Shown: positions 14,348-25,800 of the stretch, piece by piece | How positions within the stretch are numbered: position 1 is the first letter of the stretch | Layout of the letters: each line of letters opens with the position of its first letter | DNA from: Chrysomallon squamiferum | Lineage: Eukaryota > Animalia > Mollusca | Reading direction: 5' to 3' | Length of the DNA stretch: 64,000 nucleotides | Assembly: GCA_012295275.1 (NCBI GenBank) | Contig: CM022670.1 | Span: 18,724,001 to 18,788,000, forward strand | Translations under genes and position numbers: made by a program | The notes under the pieces: generated by a model | The model's input: the letters and a program-made list of their open reading frames with translations, nothing else | Database searches by the model: none | What the model was told of the DNA's origin: nothing

Positions 14348-15898
14348 TTTATAAAAGTATTAATTCTTTTTCTTCTTACATCAATCTTCAATCAATATAA
14401 GTATCCATTAACAATTTGATTGTTCTGAAATAATTATTAATGAAACAAGTATTTCTCACTGAATAATGAAAAGGCATACTGACAAAATTCAACCAATACT
14501 TTTATATATATTATTTTAATTACCTTTTAATGCTTAAAAAATATATTCAAATTTCAAACAGTTGGTTTCACTTCTGTATGTAGAGGGAAATGGTATTAAG
14601 CACCAGGGAGCAATAGGCACCTGTATCACGGAAATTTGAAATATTAATTTCTCTTTAGGCAGATATGTGTCAAATGGCTCTTAACCAGTGTCAATGAGGT
14701 TTTCTTTTAAAGTTTGTTATACCCAGTCAACTGGACACAATTACCCAGGATACACTAGTTTCAACATTACTGACCTCTGGTATGGCTCACAAAAGCTTGG
14801 TATAAACTTTGCCCCAGTATTTTAGTACCCAAATTTGAGAGGGATCTTTGTGGGGTTTTTTAAATCCTTTTAGTTTTATCAGAGATGTCTGTAAAAGTGT
14901 CAAGATGAATGTTTACATATATTTATTTCTAATGTCATTTCAGTTCAGCTGATTTTAAAAATATATTTCAAATTGGCTAGGCATAAAAACAAAATGGCTG
15001 TCATGATGCAAATAATCATTCTCGAACAAAATGTAAAATGTTAAAATCCAGATTATTTGACCAACATTAAATTCAGTTTGCATTTTTAATAGTATGAGAA
15101 TATTTGAAAAATCTAAAGTGTGGTGCTTAATAATGTAAATTCCCAAAATATTTGTTTCAGTAACTTACATCAATAAAAAGCTGATTAATTAATAATAAGT
15201 GCATTTCAGATCTTCTTTCAGTGTTCACTATCTGGTCAAGAACAACATATCAGGTTAATTCAAAAGACAAACATATTTCCAAAAAGAATTATCTTTGATA
15301 TCATGTTTGTTTAAGAGTACAACAGTTTGAAACATGTGATTACCCATGGTTTGGAACATATAAATGGTTTGAAATACATGACCCACAAATAATTTGAAAA
15401 AAGGGCCATTAATGGTTAAATCCAAAAGCAAAACATTTCTTGATGTCATACTGTCTTAAAAATGAGATCAATTAAATGTCCAGAAATTGCAATATATAAC
15501 AGAACAAAATATTCCAAAATCCTAGAATCAGTTCCCTTTATAATCAAGGAACAAAAGAAAAATATATAATCTATAATTTCTCTAGTTCACATTAACAAAA
15601 AAACTTCAAAAAGAATGCCATATTTTTCTAGAATGTATCCAATTCATGTCATCTTTGTGAAAATAACCCACATTTCTAGTATCAGTGTCACTGATATCCA
15701 AGTCTAGTTTCAAAAAAATTAATACAATTAACTTTTCATAGATCCTTAATTGGCCCAGAACTGTGTTAATCAAGTTACATAGCAATTCCATCACTGACTG
15801 TCTGATATGTTCTTCTGTCGAGCACAAGTCATAACACTATCTTCTTTTAATCAGCTTTCTTTGAAACTGAACATTTCACTCCATAATACCAGACTGAA

Positions 15899-16322
15899 TT
15901 AGGAAGATTTTGGTTTGTTAGAAACCTTCCGTAAGATTTTTGAAAACAGGGCTTTCTTCTTTGGCTTCCGACTCTTCTGTTCTTCAAAATCATGGTCATT
16001 TGTTGAATCTTTACTCTGCTGACTATCATTCATCAGCCTTCGCAGACCTGATGTTGAGATGCTTCGCTTTCCCTCAAATGTTGTGGCAGTGTTGGTACTA
16101 GTATCAGAGGAGGTGGGAGACAGGTTCAATCTATGGAAAGAGGCTGAGTATGGGATACTTGGAATGTGTTTGCCGTTGTCCGTCAAGTTAAGATGGAGGC
16201 CTTCTTTAGGATTTCTGTTTAATGTTGAGACAGGAGTGGTGGATTGATTGGAGGAGGATATGATAGAACTGGAGGCCAATGGGTCGTTGCTGGACAGTTC
16301 TGATGCTGCAGGTGGTGATGAA
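15899..16322 (-). CDS. STIM1: STIM last exon (Ser-rich region and polybasic tail)
   Basis: CCTCAG acceptor, in frame with ORF 15899-16279; ends KSRKPKKKALFSKILRKVSNKPKSS*. Confidence 0.9.
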
Positions 16323-17339
16323 CTGAGGAATGAAAATCAAGTATTAAAATATTTATAAAAATTCAGCTACTGTAAAACTGCTCTTGTAACAGATCAATGA
16401 AAGATATCCAAATCTTGAGACAAGTATTCAAACATTACAACTGCCAGTTTTAAATAAAATTTTATATTATGTATTATAATTTATTTCTTTTTTGTTCCCT
16501 TTTGTTTTTTAATTTTTTTTTCCCCTTTTTTTTTTTTTTCTTTTGGTATTTAAAGTGTCAAGACTCACTTGTCTCCAAGGTGAAACAAGACACCATTGCC
16601 AGCTACAGGCGTGTCAGAGGTTCTTGACAGACGATTTGTGTTGACAGGTAGAGAAAGTGAAGAAGTACTTCCAGAGTTTGGGTTGCTCATTGAATGGAGC
16701 ACAGATTTACTGGCAACCACTTTCATCACATATTCTGAGAAAAAAGTGAAAAAAATAGAAAAATAAAAAAATAAAATTGGATCTTTAACTATAACATTTA
16801 TTTTTTAATGTAAAGAACAAATTTAAAAAAATAAAAACTGTTTTCATGCACTAATTTTACAATAAATATGTGACAGAAATTCTGGTTACAAAATTTATGA
16901 AAAGATTTAAAAAATATTTTATGGTACATGTATATGTGATGTTTTTAAATATATTTTGAATAAAATGTTTCAGAGAAAAAAAACTTTTCAGCATGATGAA
17001 ACATTGATCATATATACTAAGAAAAACGTAAAAGTTTCGTGTTTGGACTGCTTGAGAAATATTTACACACTGAAATAAAAATGTTCAGTGTCATATATGA
17101 CATCAAAAACATGATAATAACTTTAAAAATATGTTAAATAATTTGTGAAAATTATTCATATGTTCTCAGAAAAAGCAAAAATAATAATTTCAGTTACAAA
17201 CATTCTCCGAATATTTCTAGAAAAGTGAAGGTATTAGTATGAATTCATGCTGGCAACTATCATCTAAATTTCTGAAAATCAATAAAAATATATTAATGCC
17301 TACTCAAAATTCAGTTTATAAATTCTTAGAAAACTACAA

Positions 17340-17389
<50 letters not shown>

Positions 17390-19852
17390 AGAAAATATCA
17401 ATCACATATTCTTGTATTACATAATCAACAAATGTATCATTATGAATCTATTGTATATTTAAATACAATTTCTGATTTAGAATATATATATATAAAAACA
17501 AAAAACAAAACAAAGAAAGAAAAAGAAATTGTCATAATATAAAATACATATATTAGAAAATATTCATTACATATTGAGAATACTGATGATTTCAGCATGA
17601 ATTTATGCTACAAATTTTCAACATGTAAATATTCTGAAACTAAACCAAATAAAATACTTAATGTATTCTTTGTAAGCCCACATGATTTAACAGTAATAAC
17701 AAAATGTGTATAAAAGTATAAAATATGCTTAAAGAAATAATCCAAAACAAACTTATTAAGAATTTAAATTGATTGGCTGAAAATTTAATTATATATTGGT
17801 TTTAATCAAATAATAAGAATTATTTTTTGCATAAACTGGTTATTTTTAAGTTTCAAGCTTTTGTTATGTTTAGATTAGAATGTTTAGTACTCTAGTTAAT
17901 CTTAAAATTAGGATTACATGATTTCAATTGCTATTACGTGAAAAAAACAACAACAAAAAAAACAATTTCATGCGTATAATTCTTTTTATTGTCTTTTGAA
18001 TAATGCATGTCTGAATTTACAAAAGTGCTTACCTTTTTTTTTTATCCATGTGGAAATATAAGAAAAATAATTACAAAAAGATGCTATTAGATTACTTCCT
18101 TTTGGGTTATTTTACATTTAACAGTCACAATGCTCAATATATATATATATATATCAAGCTATACAAACACCTTATCTAATGACTCAAACAGAAATAAATC
18201 ATGAATTTAAAGAGATAAAGATATTTCTGAAAGATTTTTCTGACCCAATACTGAAGACATTAAAGAAGTTTTCTCATAATTTCTGAAGATTACCAATATT
18301 CCAGTAAGCCTATCTTGGAAACTATACCAGCTATGGAAATGAGAATGGTATCAAACTAAAGATGATGTCATAATGAAAACTGAATACCCCCACCCCAATA
18401 CGCTGCTTGAAGTATTATTTTATGAGCAGGTTCACTATTACCAAACCAAGAAACAAAATGACTGTTTACCCAAGGGTTTATATTACAAAGGGCATGTGGA
18501 CTATTTTAGCCTTTTCTTTGCAACAATACAAATGAATGGATAATTAATTTCAGTTCATTTATTTATATATGATTATTTGCTTTATTTATAATTTCATAGT
18601 AGTTAAATCTCGTTTTCAAATTAAATTCCTGAAAATAAGAACATTTATATCAAATACCAAAATAAAATAAAGCTGAATATGCTTTATAGTGATCAGTGCT
18701 TGAAAAACAGATAGACAATGAAATTAAAGTTTTACCTTGTCCTTTAGTTGACTTTATGTTCTAGTGAGTGTTCCATGACTAGTTTAAAAAAAAGCCATGG
18801 GGTGTGTGTTATCTTGTGTGTCGGGTGCACATTAAATATCTTTTGCTCAAGAACAGATCACTATTTTAACAACATTTCACAACACAAACAAGGAAAAAAA
18901 TGAACAACACAGCTCTAACTGTACAATACACTAAAACTGAAAATAAAAAAAACAAAAACAAGAACAAAAAGACAAAGGCCTCTTGAAGTGTACATGAAAA
19001 AACAAAAAAACCTGCCAGAAACAAAGCAAAGCAAACAAGCTTCAACAACCCATAGCATACAACACACATGATGTCGTGCAAAGAGACAGTTTTCAGCGAC
19101 AACATGACAACATCGCTGTTTTTACCTCGGAACTTTTGTTTCCCACGTACACATGAACGTTCTTCCAAAGATGGGTAGTGTGGGGTGTTTTTAATTTGGT
19201 AATGATCTGCCATATGTACTGATGCTGAAACACAAGTGGCCTTATGATATATGAAATCAACATTAAAGTCTACCAAATGAGATATGGACAAACATGTTAT
19301 AAATAAATTTTGTATACTTCAAAGTTAAATTTTTGTTCATTGCTATATATTTACTTTTGGTTGTAATTAGTATGACAATAACATAATGAACAGACATGAA
19401 AAGTATGAATACTGCCATTTTTCTTTCTCTAAATGACATGATCTTACAAAGAAATGTAAAATGATAAAACCCAATTTGTTTGGCTGAGTGATGATGAAAC
19501 TAAACAAGTAATAAAAAATCAATAAATAATGTTCATACTTTATTGTAAGCAAGGACTGTTCTGCAGAACAAATAAAATAATCATTTGGAAGTATACAAAA
19601 CATATTTAAGCTGTTACTTGGTAGACTTATCCCACTGGATAAATAACAGGATTTGTTTTTTTTCAAGAATTTTCACACACAACACTATCTGCAATATACT
19701 GTAATAATAAGTTATGTTGTCTTAATACTATATTAAATAACTAAGAAACTGAAGCATAAATCAGTGAGATCATAGATTTATTGCCTTCTTTTTTCATGAA
19801 ATTTCTAAATATGTAAGATCTATTTTGTTTTTAGCTTTTACTTTTTAATTCA

Positions 19853-19885
<33 letters not shown>

Positions 19886-22800
19886 GAAAAACAAATTTAT
19901 TTACTTTTTTAAATATTTAATTAATTTTCATTAATTTAATTTTTGTAATTAATTTCTTTTTATCGTATCTTAAATTTTTCTGCTTTCATAAAACCAGTGT
20001 TTTTTTTAAACACTGCAGAATTAAATCTTTCATTAATTAACATTGTTAATTAATTTACTGCTGCCAATTAAGAAGTAACTGATTTATTAATTTGTTTTTT
20101 TATTTAATATTTGCTCATATCAATACTACACACTGTACAGCTGATATTTATTAACTTGAAAATACTCATAAGTTATGAAAACTAATTTTAAAAGAAATTT
20201 TAAAAGAAATTTATCCTTATCAGTTGCCATGTTGGTATATCATGAGAAATTGATTATTTACATGAAATCATTTTTAATTTCATCAGCCTTTATCAATGTA
20301 TTATATATGTATATAAAAGAGATATAAATATATCTACAGCTAAACTGCAGCTATCAGTGTTAGGTTATTACTTCCCTTGCTCCACTGGTAATATTTACTA
20401 TATCAGTTAGGTATAATAATACAAAATGTCAATTAAAATATTTTATATGATTTATTCATATATATGTTATATATATTCATATAACATGTATCAAAGGCAG
20501 CAGGTTAAATGTTACATATAAATATATCAGAATTAGATTCATTACATTATACTTGTTACTAGTACATTTGCCAGTTTAAAGTTAGTAAGTTAGGTAACTG
20601 TTCCATAGGTGGCAAAACACAACACACCTGTTATAAGATTACTGAATAATATATATTATAGTAGTTTACAAACCTGTGGGAAATGGAGGAATATCTTCAT
20701 CTGCATCATCAATTGCATAGTTGTGTGTTAAAGAAGGCACAGAATTACTAGAACTAGGACCTGCAAAACAACATTATAACACATGACTAATTATGTGTTT
20801 TTACAACATACAAAACTAACAAAAGTTATATGGATAAATAACTTTAATTCTGGAAAGTTAAATAAAAGGATTCTGTATGAAATTATCTAAAGCAGATTAT
20901 CAGCGTAACTTTATATATTCAGAAATGTGTATTTATCATGACTGATTTTATTTAAAGTTATATAAATATAATATACAGATTTGTGTGTGTATGAACATTT
21001 GTGGGTTTTTTTTATTTTTGTGTATGTATATGTTTATGTGACATATATGTTTATATGTGACATCCCCAAAAATAAACACAAATCAAATTTAAGACAAATT
21101 TCATCATTTCCAACCCAGTTAACCATAGCAGTATTTCAACTTTAAACAAAATATTAATACAAATGAGTTCGTAAACACTTACACACACCCAGATTATCTT
21201 TAAACAGCATCTGTCTTAGTACAGTGATTCCAGGGTTTGTCATTATAGGGAAGTTGCATATGTTTTCAATAGCATGCCAGCGAAGTAAACGTTCTTGCAG
21301 GTCTTGTTTAACCTCCTCTAGAGCAGCCCTAATAAATATGGTTAGTTTTAAATTATAACATTTGTCATGTGAATAAACATATATATATTTTAAAAATAAG
21401 GGAAGAAAGGAAAGAGAAAACTAGAAAGAACAAAGAACAGATGAGGTGAAGAAACTAGATTCAAATAGAAAGAAACACAGAGAGAGAAGGGTAACAGAAG
21501 GGCTATATAAAAAAATATAAAAAATTATTTTGTTCAATATTATAGATAGATTAAAAACACAACATGGAAATTAAAAAATCTCACTTTTTAGAAGTAACCA
21601 CACACACACAAGAAAAAAAAACAGTTTATAATAATTGTCACTGACTGCAATATTAAATTGACTCAAATATCTCAATATCTAAATACATATATACACATAT
21701 ACAGATAGACACACCCAGACATACATGGTGCATCACCTACGCACATTTTAATAGCCACTGTTACCAATTCAGAAATAATCACAAAGGAGTACATATGATA
21801 ACAATGTATTTATGGCCCCCAATAAACCCCAAAAATTAAAGGCACTACTGAAAATATATTATAAATATTTAATTTATTATTATTATTTTTTTAATGACAG
21901 TATTATAAATATGGTACTATTTGATGTTAAACTTTGTTCAAGTTTTTAGCCATTTTTGTAACTTTCAAAGCATCAGAAATATATCAGAGTAGTTGTGGTC
22001 AGTCCTTTTTTTCAAATGCAATACAGTGTTAAGATCACTACACTGCAAAAATAAAGACTGACCACTAATGCACTTGTAACGAAATCTAAATAAAATGATC
22101 ATTTTCAACAAAAGGATGTTGTGTCAGTCATTATTATTAATAATTTTAAATTTAGTTCTGCACAATATGGTCAGTTTAGGGGAAATAATGTCAGCAAACT
22201 GTTTAGCAATCCTGTAACAAGTCTGAACAAGTTATATAGTTACCTAGTAAGCTGCTGTTAAAACTAGAAAATCAACTTTATGACGTAACTAATATGCCTT
22301 TCATGAATATTACAATTAATGCACATATTATATTCCATTTTTGTGTTTGTTTTTTTTTCTGTTAAAAGTTATTTATTGTCTGCTAAAAACAAAACTCAGC
22401 TGAAAATGTCACTGAATGACACAACTTGTACAGACAAAATTACTTTATTATATAAATATTATTTTCTTTATTTGAAAACAAGTATTTCAGTACAGGTAGA
22501 ACAATTTCTTGAATTACACTGTAGTGAAAATAGTTTGCAAATAAATAAGGCTTTTAAAAAAATATATATATATCTAGGTCTCCCATTTAAGGCCTCAAAA
22601 AATAGCATATTCCTGACTATGAGACATAAATTTAGTAAAATGTATACCATATGTTGACATTTATTTGAGGGCAAAACACTATATTTACACCTTAGAAATA
22701 ATGGGTGACTAAAAAGTCATTCAGTGTTTTTTTTTTAAAGTTTTATAACTTCATAATATCTAGAGGATTTAGATTTTAAACGAGTTAGGTGTGATTCTTT

Positions 22801-25800
22801 ACATCGACTATCTTTTACAAAAATCACCCAATTTTGAAACAAATTTTGTTTGCTAATAATAAAGTAAAACAATATGTTCTTGATGTTTAAACATAAATAA
22901 CAATATTCATTTCTTTTCGCTTTATTCACTTTGTGATACAAATTATTATATTAAAGGCCCATTGTCTGATGAAAGTATGTAAGATGTTCCTGACATCTAC
23001 AACAATTCTTCTCAATCTGATATCTTTACCTGTTCAGTATATTGATTAAATTGTCTGAGTAATTATTAATAAAGGTTGTTGAGATATCTTGAGGAACATA
23101 TGTCATTTAAAAGAGAAGACAGCTATTAACAACTGGTTCTTAATGCTATTTCTGTTGACACTTGTTTCATTTTAATCTGATAATGATCAAAAACAATAAA
23201 TACTAGTGACTTTTAAATTCTCAGCCGATTATATTACAGTATTTATCTATTGACTAAATTTAAAAAGTTAATAGTATAAACATTACATTTGAATATTTTA
23301 GTCCCAACTAGAGAATTTTTAAAAATAATTTTCATTTCTATTTCATTCCAAGACTATTATGTCCCCGACACAAAAAGAAACTGCAGTAGCATAAAGGTAA
23401 GGACATGGGTACAAAAAGAATGTGAAAAGTATACAATACGTTTTCGAACTGGGATGGCAGACACTCACCGAGCATGCAGAATCCATTTGTCAACATCATC
23501 TAATGAGCTACTGTGAGCCATTCTCAGAGATCCGAAGAAAGCTCGGTTTCTCTTCCTAATTTTATCACACTGTAAACAACAAACACATGCTGGTTAGGTT
23601 TGTACATCATGCAAGCAACATATCACAAGCTGCATAAGACTTACAACAAATTGTGTTAAGATATTACAGATAACCTAGATGTATTTGATATGTGTCATGT
23701 CAGTTTAAATAAACATAATTTGCTTTCCATTACACATGAGACATGATAGATTATTTATATGATATTAAGTCAATCATTATAAAACATGTGAAATGTTTGA
23801 TTAAACTGACATATTATCCATTTCTGAGATATAATCACTACCACTGAAATGGAACACTTTATGACTGAGATGAAGGTTTTAATTTATATTAATTTTCAAA
23901 ATTAAGAATTTGGTTACGTTTCTACTAAGCACTACAAATATCCAGTATATATCCTTAAGATAAATAAAATTCTTCCCCAAATTTAGGCTAGAAAATGTAG
24001 AATTGTTAAAGAAATAGATAATGTATTTAAAATAATAATCTATACTGATGACTGTAGATTAATGTAGAGGTACTAGATGGTCTATATTAACTTGATAGCC
24101 AAGTTCTGCTATAGGATCGTCAGGAATATTACAAAGTAAAACTATTACTCAGTGTATAGATATAATAAAGTTTTCAAATAAATATTATTTGACAAGATAT
24201 GTTACTATTTATTTAATCGTTAACAATGAAATGTGCTTCATATAATATATATTGTATTTGTTTATTTATCAAGATACAATATGTTTATACAGTGTTTGTT
24301 TTTATACTACATATAAATATATTTTGTTTATTTATCACTATACAGTACATATATATATACACAAGTATAGTGTTCGTTTGTATGTCACTATACCATATAT
24401 AAATATATTTAGTGTGTATTTGTTAATGTACAATATACACATACCAATATATTGTGATTGTTTATCTTTCTATGCATGCACACAAACAAAACAAAATGTA
24501 ATTACAAACATCTATGTACACATAACTGTTTTTGATTAAAATCTTAATTCAATAGCATGCATTATCATTTATCCTGTTTAAATTAAATATTCCTTGCTGC
24601 CATTTAATTAAATTTGTGCACCCACACATAAATATGCAACAGATCAAATAGGATAATCAAACGTGTTCATACACACAGGCACACAGACACACACACATAT
24701 AACTACATCTACATCAAAACACTTCATATACAAAATTTATTGTTGAACGTATCAGTAATTATGGTATGTTAAATAAATACTACATATATATATGTGGAGC
24801 TTATGTGAGAGAAGATGAATGTGCCTGTTGAATTATAAATAAATAAAAAACGAAATCATATAAACAGAAAAAAATATTTGAAAAAACAAAACAAAACAAA
24901 CCCAAAACAAATTATAAATTATATTTCCTAATATTTCCTAATACTTTTTGTATTACATAATATTCTCTGATATACTGTTCTGACATTTTATGGAATATAC
25001 TCAGTTTGTGACCATTTTTCATAAATTAAAAAATAATAATAAACAATGAAAACAAGAACAAATACAGTAATTCAGCCCGGTTATTATTTTCAAAAGTGTT
25101 TGCTATCAGTCAGTTCTAAAACAATAATACTACTTTTAATGTTTATAGATAAATGAATATTTTTTTTAGTATAGTAAAGCATTATTATTACAAAAAAGAA
25201 TGTTTATACTTAATCTTAACATTTGTTATAAAATCAGATTTGTTGTCCCTGTCATTTCCCTCCCTGCTTTGTGAATGAGAAAAAAAAAACACATTTAAAA
25301 ATAAGGCTGGAATGCATTTATGTTTAAGTAAAAATAATACATATATTCGTAACTGCACAATAAAAGTTGTTTTTTGTGATGATGATGACTATAGTAATAA
25401 TACTGATAGTAGTAGTAAAAGAAGTTGCAATGACATTACCGGTATTAGTAATATTATTAGTTAATAACCAATACACATAAGCCACTGTAGCAAAATGAAT
25501 GATACGGGGTGGATAATTTAATCGGTTACCATGTTTTTCTCAACTGCTGCAATAAACTGCAATGACTATATAATATATGCAATGTATATAATAAATAAAT
25601 AAAAATTAATCAGTCAGTAAGCACATGAGTACTCACTTCCTCTTTGGCAGTGTCCATCTGTTTCTCTGCTGCCTTCCTCTTCTGCAGGTAGTGGTTGTGC
25701 TCCACTTCATGGGTCAACTGTAGCCAGGCCTGGAGTTCACTGGGTATTGTCCAGTTGTGTTGGTTCTCCAGCTGTTTCTCTGTTCTCTTCAATGTGGCTC

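Noticed and set aside
16150-16175. HIPSIP as an EB1-binding SxIP motif like STIM1 TRIP
   Set aside because: Sequence is P-S-I-P, not S/T-x-I-P.
18025-18090. Strong minus-strand donor AAG|GTAAGC in the STIM intron
   Set aside because: No credible upstream acceptor.
22955-23110. Degenerate foldback (ATGTTCCT...AGGAACAT)
   Set aside because: Arms too interrupted to call a MITE or RNA structure.
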